From a virus (taxonomy: Duplodnaviria > Caudoviricetes), in IMG/VR virus record IMGVR_UViG_3300020403_000029, positions 1 through 40,763 of that record: a stretch of 40,763 nt of DNA; one strand, 5' to 3'. This document shows positions 1-7,045 of the stretch, one piece after another. Positions within the stretch are counted from its first letter, which is position 1; the number at the start of each line of letters is the position of its first letter. The notes beneath the pieces were generated by a model, which made no database searches, was not told the origin of the DNA, and saw only the letters and a list, made by a program, of their open reading frames with translations. The position numbers and the translations under genes were made by a program.

Positions 1-659
1 TCAATTAGTCTTACGACACTGTTGCAAAAGTCTTCTACATGCATATAATCTTTAATCTTTTGAGGATCTAAAAACATATCAATGTTTTCTATTCCATTTT
101 TAATTCCAAATAAAGACTTGGCGATTAAAGAGTTCATATCACCAATTCCGCCATAAGCAAACAGTGGTCTTGTAACAAGCCATTCTTTTGCGTTATTTCT
201 TACAGTCATTTCACCTGCGTATTTTTGCACAGCATAGTTTGTCCTAGGAAATATTTCACTATTTTCTAAAATATCAGACTCTTGATATTTGTATGTGTCA
301 TAAATCACAGTTGTTCCTGTATAAACAATCAGCATGTTACAATTATTTGCTGCTTCAACAATATTTTGTGTTCCTAAAACGTTTGTATTAATAGCATGTT
401 TAGGATTTAAAGCAACGACATCAGTCCCTACAACAGCTGCGTTATGTACAATACAATCAAGTTCTAATCTCTGAAATAATCTCGTCCATCTTTCTACGTT
501 ATTACTATAAACACAAACTTCTTCTGAGTTTGTGTAATTCATAAAACGCTGTGCATAGTCAGCTTCGTCTAGCGAAACAAATATATGTCCTTGATTAATA
601 ATTTCTTGTGCTAAATTAGTTGCAATAAAGCCTTTTTCTCCAGTAATTCCTATTCTCAT
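1..659 (-). CDS. NAD-dependent NDP-sugar epimerase/dehydratase (extended SDR), 3' end truncated by window edge
   Basis: Not in ORF track; translated by hand from ATG at 659: MRIGITGEKGFIATNL...DCIVHNAAVVG...TNVLGT...YTGTTVIY...PRTNYAVQKYAGE...RPLFAYG...KDYMHVEDF. Has TGxxGFI Rossmann motif, HxAA and YxxxK; ATG overlaps the upstream TAA (TAATG). Confidence 0.9.
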   Translation of the reverse strand, partial: MRIGITGEKGFIATNLAQEIINQGHIFVSLDEADYAQRFMNYTNSEEVCVYSNNVERWTRLFQRLELDCIVHNAAVVGTDVVALNPKHAINTNVLGTQNIVEAANNCNMLIVYTGTTVIYDTYKYQESDILENSEIFPRTNYAVQKYAGEMTVRNNAKEWLVTRPLFAYGGIGDMNSLIAKSLFGIKNGIENIDMFLDPQKIKDYMHVEDFCNSVVRLI

Positions 660-934
660 TAAATAATTCCTTTTTCTGTTTTAAATGTTTTAAGTACTCT
701 AATGTTTTTAGTTTCAATATCAAAAACTCTATTGTTTGCTATATCAAAAAATTTATATTTAAAAAAGCTTCTAATTCCATATCTTGTATCGTTTGAATAT
801 AAAAATTCTCTATCTAAAACTAGAACATTAAATCTACTATTAGTATAAGTAAAAGGAGCTAGATTAACTAATTTAAAATAGACTAAGTCACCTATTTCTA
901 AACCGTCGCTATAAGAACTATATACATGTTTCAT
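659..934 (-). CDS. hypothetical protein, KOW/SH3-like
   Basis: 91 aa ORF in operon context; LEIGDLVYF resembles a KOW-type motif. Confidence 0.6.
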   Translation of the reverse strand: MKHVYSSYSDGLEIGDLVYFKLVNLAPFTYTNSRFNVLVLDREFLYSNDTRYGIRSFFKYKFFDIANNRVFDIETKNIRVLKTFKTEKGII

Positions 935-936
935 TT

Positions 937-1212
937 TTACTCTTTTAAAAAACTTTTATTTAATGAAGACAAAACTTTTACTTCAATATCAAGACTAGCA
1001 TAGTCTAAACGAATTGTTTTTCTGCTACAGTCAGGTTTAAGAATTGTCATGTGTGTAGGTCTAACGTTTTTTTCGTACTTAAAAGACAATATTAAAGAGT
1101 ACTTGATTTCCTCTTTAATATTATAATAGTAATTCATTGATTTTACACTTATAAGACTTCCTATGTCTTCATCATCTAAAAAATAGTTATAATTTATTTT
1201 TATATAGGACAT
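937..1212 (-). CDS. hypothetical protein
   Basis: 91 aa ORF abutting both neighbours; DIGSLISV weakly KOW-like. Confidence 0.55.
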   Translation of the reverse strand: MSYIKINYNYFLDDEDIGSLISVKSMNYYYNIKEEIKYSLILSFKYEKNVRPTHMTILKPDCSRKTIRLDYASLDIEVKVLSSLNKSFLKE

Positions 1213-1761
1213 CTAAAACCAGGAAGGTACATTGTTTAATTTCCACTTAGCAAATCTTACTTTATCTTTTTTGTAGTAATTTCTGTAAGAAGCAACTGCA
1301 TCTTCGTTTATCTTATATTCTTCTTTCATGCAAATTACAAAATCTTCTAATCCACTACTTTTCATACCTTGAGGAATATTATTTTTAAACCAGCTTAAAT
1401 AATTAGCGGTTTTGTGTATTTTACCATATCTTTTAGTATATTCTTTGCAGAGATAAAACAGCAAATCATAGTGCCACATGTAATTTTCTACTGTTGAAGA
1501 GACCCATAGTGTACATGGGTGTCTGACGTGGGTCATTGCATATGGTGGATGTAATACTGGGTCTGTGTTTTCTAGTAACCATGATTTAGCGTCTCTAACT
1601 CTTTTAAAGTCTTTTAGACTTTTGTTGTTAGACCAAAGCAAGTGAAGCCAATGTGCAGTAGACTTCATTTGTGCAGACTCAAGAATCATTTTAACTACAT
1701 GTTTATCACAGTGATACTCAGCAGCTTTTTTAGCTAACTCGTCCAAAACAAACATATTCAT
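1213..1761 (-). CDS. pyrimidine-dimer DNA glycosylase-like protein (DenV/Pyr_excise-related family of large phages)
   Basis: MNxFxLD...HCDKHVVKMILESAQM, HPCTLW, EYTKRYGKIHK, AVASYRNYY, AKWK...PSWF. Confidence 0.8.
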   Translation of the reverse strand: MNMFVLDELAKKAAEYHCDKHVVKMILESAQMKSTAHWLHLLWSNNKSLKDFKRVRDAKSWLLENTDPVLHPPYAMTHVRHPCTLWVSSTVENYMWHYDLLFYLCKEYTKRYGKIHKTANYLSWFKNNIPQGMKSSGLEDFVICMKEEYKINEDAVASYRNYYKKDKVRFAKWKLNNVPSWF

Positions 1762-1949
1762 ATTTTTCTGTACTCCATGATATTAAATGGAATAATATCA
1801 ATTCCGCCTTTATTGTCAATTAAATAAATCATAAAAGCAAAATTGTTATCCTTTTTAATTTTTGTAATTAAACCAATTTTCTCTTCTTCATTAGAATATA
1901 AAAAATTATATTTAATGCAGTCACCCGGTTTTAAGTCCATTAACTCCAT
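1758..1949 (-). CDS. small hypothetical protein, KOW-like
   Basis: 63 aa; LKPGDCI...IGLITKI; ATGA overlap with the downstream gene. Confidence 0.55.
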   Translation of the reverse strand: MELMDLKPGDCIKYNFLYSNEEEKIGLITKIKKDNNFAFMIYLIDNKGGIDIIPFNIMEYRKI

Positions 1950-2739
1950 AAATCTGTCTTTCTTTTACCCAATGAGTTGTTCTCTTATCAAGAGTTTGCT
2001 CTTTTATTACTTTATGACCGTTATAGTCTTTAGACTTACCGTATACAACAAAACCTGTTGTTGCTGTGCCTTCTTCGTCATCAAATGTATAATAGTCTCT
2101 TATTGATGCACCTTGCTCTTCATAAGACTTATTTATAACAAATAATATTGCTTTTCTAAGTGTTTCCAGGTTTTCGTCTGTTAAATCTTTTATTAGCGAA
2201 TGAGGATTAATTTTAGAATACCATAAAGACTCAGCCTTGATATAATTACCAACTCCAGCTATTACATTTTGATTCATTAAGACACTACATATATCTTTGT
2301 TGTTTTTCTTTCTTAATCTAACCAAAAACTCTGATGCGCTTGGTGGCTGAGATAACATGTCTGGACCTAAACTTTTTAGCTTTTTTAAAAGCTCTTGTCT
2401 AGACTTGATTTGAAATGTACCAAAATTTCTAACATCGTTAAAGTAAACAGTATCGTTTTCATAAAAGTTAATTGCTATTCTTGAATGATCTGTTTTTCTT
2501 CTAGACCAGTTACCTGTCATTCCTAAAGTATTAAAAATAACTACGTTATCTAGATTAATCCAAATAAACTTGCCTTTACAATTAAAACTTTCAATTTCTT
2601 TACCAAATAAAGATTCTATATTTTGTATAGGTTTTTTAATATATCTACCACTTAATACTTCAACAGACTTAATCATAAAGTATCTAAAGTTATTATTTAG
2701 CTTATCAACAAATAATTTTACTTCTGGTCCTTCTGGCAA
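1921..2739 (-). CDS. nei: Fpg/Nei family DNA glycosylase/AP lyase (Nei-like, zincless finger)
   Basis: N-terminal PEGPEV (catalytic Pro2/Glu3), KGKF, LGMTG, DVRNFG, LGPD, H2TH motif NQNVIAGVGNYIKAESL, C-terminal RTTHW with no Cys; TTG start. Confidence 0.92.
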   Translation of the reverse strand: MPEGPEVKLFVDKLNNNFRYFMIKSVEVLSGRYIKKPIQNIESLFGKEIESFNCKGKFIWINLDNVVIFNTLGMTGNWSRRKTDHSRIAINFYENDTVYFNDVRNFGTFQIKSRQELLKKLKSLGPDMLSQPPSASEFLVRLRKKNNKDICSVLMNQNVIAGVGNYIKAESLWYSKINPHSLIKDLTDENLETLRKAILFVINKSYEEQGASIRDYYTFDDEEGTATTGFVVYGKSKDYNGHKVIKEQTLDKRTTHWVKERQIYGVNGLKTG

Positions 2740-2743
2740 AACG

Positions 2744-2959
2744 TTAATCCTCTGTTATTGGTGTTGTTCTATTTACTTCTGGTACATCATCTTCTGTATT
2801 TGCTGTGCCTTTTTTGTCGACACCTTCTTTAGGTAAAGTGTAATCATGAACAAAGTCTGCCCATTCTCTTTTACCTACGCTGTTTAAGATTTGCATGATT
2901 GGGTGACCAAACATGTTATGAAAGAAGTATGTTTTAAATAATTTTTTATATTTTATCAT
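2744..2959 (-). CDS. hypothetical phage protein
   Basis: 71 aa with His-rich HNMFGHP...HDYTLP pattern; tight operon spacing. Confidence 0.6.
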   Translation of the reverse strand: MIKYKKLFKTYFFHNMFGHPIMQILNSVGKREWADFVHDYTLPKEGVDKKGTANTEDDVPEVNRTTPITED

Positions 2960-2964
2960 CTATA

Positions 2965-3252
2965 TTATCCTATTACACGTATAATGTCTCTGTCAGTAAA
3001 GTTAACAGTACCATTGTCTGAAAGGCCTGTATAAAAACCATTTGGCCACATATTTGACATAAACTTGTAAGGTATTACATATTGTGATTTATTTTTATCT
3101 TCTTTACACTTTATTTGCAACAAAAAGCTTTTGTCAAAAATAAAAAATCTTATTGTATTTTTAGTCAAATATCTTTCATCTAGTTTCTTGTGTGTTTTTG
3201 TGTCTTTAAAAGACCAAAACTTTTTACTCGATTGCGTCTGCATAAGGCTCAT
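2965..3252 (-). CDS. hypothetical protein (start uncertain)
   Basis: 95 aa ORF filling the gap; overlaps the upstream gene by 29 nt. Confidence 0.5.
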   Translation of the reverse strand: MSLMQTQSSKKFWSFKDTKTHKKLDERYLTKNTIRFFIFDKSFLLQIKCKEDKNKSQYVIPYKFMSNMWPNGFYTGLSDNGTVNFTDRDIIRVIG

Positions 3253-3673
3253 TAGGTAGTTCGCCTGTAGAGATTACTCTGTCTAAGTATTCTTCTAATT
3301 GTTCAAAAGATGTGCAGACTTTAATACCACTTCTGGCTAGCATAAGATTAAACTTAGCGCCTTCTGGAAGGCCTGCACAAAAATAAATAATTGGCTTTTT
3401 AAATGCAAATGCATAGCCAGCTTCCCAAATTGTTCCAATGTCTTTATCACGAGTATTAACGAGCAAAAAGTCTGCTGTTTCAATGTGATGCAAATTGCCA
3501 CTAAAAGTTTCATCCTGAACTTCTTTAGGTGCATTAGGAGGACAAACAAAAATTCTTCTAGGTGAAGCAAGTTCAAAGTGATCAGATCTTGAATCAAAAA
3601 TACCCTCTAAGTTAGTTAACTCTTCAGCTTGTACAGGATTAAACCATCCGCTAGCTAAATAAATCTTTTTCAT
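3224..3673 (-). CDS. nucleoside 2-deoxyribosyltransferase / (d)NMP N-glycosidase family protein
   Basis: IYLASGWF, SPR, IETAD, DIGTIWEAGYA (catalytic Glu), NLMLA; AAGGA RBS. Confidence 0.88.
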   Translation of the reverse strand: MKKIYLASGWFNPVQAEELTNLEGIFDSRSDHFELASPRRIFVCPPNAPKEVQDETFSGNLHHIETADFLLVNTRDKDIGTIWEAGYAFAFKKPIIYFCAGLPEGAKFNLMLARSGIKVCTSFEQLEEYLDRVISTGELPNEPYADAIE

Positions 3674-3689
3674 TAAAATATTCCTTATG

Positions 3690-3750
3690 TAATTGTTTTA
3701 CTATGTTTCTAACTGTTTTACAAAAAAGTTTGCTATCTGTAACTGTTTTA
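3690..3750. repeat. three 11-bp direct repeats TAA(C/T)TGTTTTA
   Basis: Copies at 3690-3700, 3710-3720 and 3740-3750, between the ThyX-like and NDT genes. Confidence 0.75.
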
Positions 3751-4719
3751 AAATTCATTGTCGAGTTGCTGCTTAATTTGATTTACAGCATTTACATCAT
3801 CATTCCACATTCTCGTAAAGATTTTTTCTTCACCAGACTTGTTACCATTAATTTCTTCACGTCTGCAAGGATAAATAGAATCTTTTTCATTAAAGTCAAA
3901 TAAATCATTTTTTGGCTCTGGGTGATAGAGGTTTGTACCTTTAGAAGTAAAAGTTCCATCAGGTAGTTCAACACGGAAAGTGCGAACATAGTGCATATCT
4001 GGCTTTTCAAAGTTTAAACAAGTAGAAACTTCAGGTATTGCTGTACAAACAATTTTTGCAATACGCGTTGCAATAATATTGTCTACTTCTGGTTGAATTT
4101 GTACATCTTGACGTTGTCGAATAAAACCAATTAAATCTTTAAGATTAAATCTTGCAACATAAAAAGTTTCTAGTGCTTTAGGTAAAATAACTCTTGCATC
4201 CATAAGAGAAACAACGCGTGAGTCAACCATGTCTGAGTAGAGTTGTTTTGCTGCAGCAGCAACTTCAATAAAACGGTGGTGAAAATCTGAGTTTTCAACA
4301 GACTCAGGAACTAATACATTATCATTTCTAAGGTCTCGATCACCTGTGCACTGTGCTGCAAATGAGCCAGCTCTGTGTCTAATTAAGTGTGTTACAGTTT
4401 GTGTATCAATTCCACTAATTTTAAAAGTAAAACCTAAACATTCCATAGGCGTAGGAAGTGCTCTAAAATTAAGAACATCTTGTAAATTAAGTGAAGCTTC
4501 TTCTGGTAAAGCATTTTCAAATGAAGTCTCAGAAGGAGAATCAGCCCAAGTTGCTTTTGTCATGTGCCATGCAATTTTTTGTGCTTGTTCTCTTGTAGGA
4601 CCATCGATTAATTCAATGTTAAGTGATTCTAGGTTGTTAATATAATTAGTTACAGGAACTTGATCAAACTTGAGTTCCATTGGAAGAGTGACTTGTTTAA
4701 GATTATTATTAATTGGCAA
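3748..4719 (-). CDS. divergent ThyX-fold flavoprotein (second ThyX paralog, altered active site)
   Basis: PMECLGFTFKI, HLIRHRAGSFAAQC (RHR-x7-C instead of RHR-x7-S), DARVILP, NLKDLIGFIRQR; TTG start with GGAGA RBS. Confidence 0.85.
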   Translation of the reverse strand: MPINNNLKQVTLPMELKFDQVPVTNYINNLESLNIELIDGPTREQAQKIAWHMTKATWADSPSETSFENALPEEASLNLQDVLNFRALPTPMECLGFTFKISGIDTQTVTHLIRHRAGSFAAQCTGDRDLRNDNVLVPESVENSDFHHRFIEVAAAAKQLYSDMVDSRVVSLMDARVILPKALETFYVARFNLKDLIGFIRQRQDVQIQPEVDNIIATRIAKIVCTAIPEVSTCLNFEKPDMHYVRTFRVELPDGTFTSKGTNLYHPEPKNDLFDFNEKDSIYPCRREEINGNKSGEEKIFTRMWNDDVNAVNQIKQQLDNEF

Positions 4720-4747
4720 AATTTATCTCCTTTATTATTACCAATTT

Positions 4748-4776
4748 ATTATAATATAATTTGTTTAATTTTACAC
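4748..4776 (-). promoter_or_regulatory. sigma70-like promoter GTGTAA-N17-TATAAT upstream of the ThyX-like gene
   Basis: Minus strand GTGTAA aattaaacaaattatat TATAAT; same architecture recurs at 7000-7028, 19018-19046 and 22410-22438. Confidence 0.7.
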
Positions 4777-4782
4777 GCAAAT

Positions 4783-5259
4783 TTATGTTAGTGAGTTTAT
4801 TAATTTTTCTAAAGCATCTACTTGTTCTTTGCTTGTAAAATTATTTTTAAATGTATTTATAATTATGTTTACATCTAAAGGCTCAATTAGAAGATCAGTT
4901 TCAACTACTAATGAAAACAATATATGCAAAACTGAGGCCATTCCTACTTGTGTAGGATTTGCTGTTCTATTGAATTTATCACGTTTTGCAACATCATTTC
5001 TAAAGTCTTCAATAACTTGGTATAATGTTCCCCATGTTTGTGGTGTTAGAGAAGCTTTCTTGAGCAATCGTGCAGCTCTTTCTCCTTGACCAGAAGAATT
5101 AGTATTGTTTGTAGCAGAAAGCATATCTGAAGCGTCTTGCTTGTTTTTATCTAGTTCTTTACGATTAGTACCAGGTAAAACTTGAGTGTCTTGCATTGGC
5201 TTGAGTGTTTCTATATTTTCTAGAAAAAGTTTAGTAATGCTTCTTTCACATGATTTCAT
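4783..5259 (-). CDS. hypothetical protein
   Basis: 158 aa ORF starting 1 nt after the upstream stop. Confidence 0.7.
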   Translation of the reverse strand: MKSCERSITKLFLENIETLKPMQDTQVLPGTNRKELDKNKQDASDMLSATNNTNSSGQGERAARLLKKASLTPQTWGTLYQVIEDFRNDVAKRDKFNRTANPTQVGMASVLHILFSLVVETDLLIEPLDVNIIINTFKNNFTSKEQVDALEKLINSLT

Positions 5260-5260
5260 T

Positions 5261-5647
5261 TTAATATCCTTTGTTTAGTCTATCTCTAATTATCTTGTCT
5301 TTTTTATTAAATGCATCATAAAATTCGTTTACGTCAACACCCATTAAGATAATTAAAGAGAAAAAATAATTAAATGCATCTACTATTTCTTCTAAAAATT
5401 CTTCTTTGTCAATCTCAGGTATACTAGTTTCTCTATGAGGTTTCCAATTTTTTAAATGCCCTAAAGCCTCAAACATTTCTTCAACACCTTTAAGAGCAGT
5501 TTCTCGACATGTTACTTGAGATTGTTTTTCTGATAAATCGACTGGCCACTCAGGATATGTGTCTGGAAACTTTTCTTTTATTAGTTTCATAAAATCTTCT
5601 CTTTTATTGAAGATTATTGATAATTTATCACTATTTGTCATCATCAC
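5261..5647 (-). CDS. all-alpha NTP pyrophosphatase, dimeric dUTPase / T4 gp56 dCTPase-like
   Basis: VEEMFEA...NWKPH...LEEIVDAFNYF...FNKKD...RDRLNKGY matches the ExxE / WKxW / EExxD / terminal GY layout. Confidence 0.82.
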   Translation of the reverse strand: MMMTNSDKLSIIFNKREDFMKLIKEKFPDTYPEWPVDLSEKQSQVTCRETALKGVEEMFEALGHLKNWKPHRETSIPEIDKEEFLEEIVDAFNYFFSLIILMGVDVNEFYDAFNKKDKIIRDRLNKGY

Positions 5648-5849
5648 CTTGTCTTTTGTTTGCCTGATTTAACATTTCTTGAATTGACTTGTTGTGATTA
5701 TCTGAATAATCAGAGTTTAAAACAAGAAAGTCTCCTTCTTCTTCTAAATCAATTAGACGAAGATGATCAATAATATCTGTACCTGTCAATATTGCAACTT
5801 GAAGTATTTTGGCAATATGTGCAATTGTTGTGTCATGTAGCTTTTTCAT
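5631..5849 (-). CDS. hypothetical phage protein
   Basis: 72 aa; AGGAGA RBS; LQVAILTGTDIIDHLR. Confidence 0.7.
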   Translation of the reverse strand: MKKLHDTTIAHIAKILQVAILTGTDIIDHLRLIDLEEEGDFLVLNSDYSDNHNKSIQEMLNQANKRQGDDDK

Positions 5850-5856
5850 TTTTCTC

Positions 5857-6228
5857 CTATAGTATTAATGGTCTTTTTTGTAATTTCATGTTAATTTGTT
5901 GTTGATCATGTTCAATTACTTTGATCATTTCAACACCTTTTACTTTTTTAAGTGATCTAACTGCTTCTAAAAACGTATCTGAAGCATCAATAAATGTTGG
6001 TATATAAGAAACATTTAGTTCTATTATTCTATGTCCTTCTGAAGATACTATATCTGATATTGGCCTAGTTTGTCTAACAGTTACTATTCCTGGTAGTGCT
6101 CTCATATCAGTCATTATATCTAAAACTGTTGGATCTTCTCGATCTTCAATTTTGATTCTACACCTAACTAACGTATTTAATAAATCTGAGTGTGCTTCTA
6201 ATAACATATCTAGTTTTTTATTTTTCAT
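5857..6228 (-). CDS. hypothetical protein, possible ferredoxin/ACT-like fold
   Basis: 123 aa; internal duplication RALPGIVTV / KKVKGVEMI; AAGGA RBS. Confidence 0.65.
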   Translation of the reverse strand: MKNKKLDMLLEAHSDLLNTLVRCRIKIEDREDPTVLDIMTDMRALPGIVTVRQTRPISDIVSSEGHRIIELNVSYIPTFIDASDTFLEAVRSLKKVKGVEMIKVIEHDQQQINMKLQKRPLIL

Positions 6229-6264
6229 AAAATAAGTCCTTTTTGTATGTTATTAAATATTATT

Positions 6265-6975
6265 TTATTTATTATTTTGATACGAAGAAATAGTAACAGG
6301 CCATAAGTCTTTTATAATATTTAGCATTGCATTTGCCATCTGCTGTATTTCCCATTGCGCGCCATCATGTGTTCTTAAGTCAATAAACTTTAAGATATTA
6401 TTAAGATTTGCTGTCGCATAATATTCTGTATATAAATTTTGAGGAAGCACACCACGAGCTTGCTCTCTACAAACCCCAGCATCTAATAATTGGTCAAATA
6501 GCTTAAGAGAATTTTTATGATGAGTAGCAATTGCATCTGATGCAGTCTTATGAAAAGGTTTAGAACTATATTCAGTTTTATATTGAATTAAAGGATTAAT
6601 TGTGTCTTCAATATTAGAAGCCTGCCTGTTGCTTTTATGTTGAGTTCTAAAGTCAACAGGCTCATAAAACTGTATGTCAGAGTCTGTGTATCTTCTAGAT
6701 ATCTCATTATACGACCAAGTTCTGTGTCTATGATGCTGTGATCTTACAAAAAGAGGTACTTTAATTCTAAATGTGGCTATGTTATGTTCAAGTGTTGATG
6801 TGTGTTTATGTTTTATTAAGTAATTAATAAGTTTTTCATCTTTACTATCTAAACTATTTTTTTGTACACCAAAAGATACTCTAGCAGAATTAACAACAGT
6901 TATATCTTCGCCCATATGTTGGACTAATTCAACTTTACCAATATTGTCATCATAAAGAAAATGTATATTTGTCAT
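6265..6975 (-). CDS. thyX: flavin-dependent thymidylate synthase
   Basis: VVNSARVSF, HKHTSTLEH, RHRTWSYNEISRRY (RHR-x7-S), REQARGVLP, KFIDLR...AQWEI. Confidence 0.96.
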   Translation of the reverse strand: MTNIHFLYDDNIGKVELVQHMGEDITVVNSARVSFGVQKNSLDSKDEKLINYLIKHKHTSTLEHNIATFRIKVPLFVRSQHHRHRTWSYNEISRRYTDSDIQFYEPVDFRTQHKSNRQASNIEDTINPLIQYKTEYSSKPFHKTASDAIATHHKNSLKLFDQLLDAGVCREQARGVLPQNLYTEYYATANLNNILKFIDLRTHDGAQWEIQQMANAMLNIIKDLWPVTISSYQNNK

Positions 6976-6999
6976 TTAAAACCTTTTTTTTATAATTAA

Positions 7000-7028
7000 A
7001 TTATATGACAAATATATTAATTTTACAA
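7000..7028 (-). promoter_or_regulatory. sigma70-like promoter TTGTAA-N17-TATAAT upstream of thyX
   Basis: Minus strand TTGTAA aattaatatatttgtca TATAAT. Confidence 0.7.
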
Positions 7029-7045
7029 ATATATTAAATATAAAT

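Noticed and set aside
3748-4719. ThyX paralog as a pseudogene
   Set aside because: The ORF is intact at 323 aa, has an RBS and a dedicated promoter, and retains the FAD-binding motifs.
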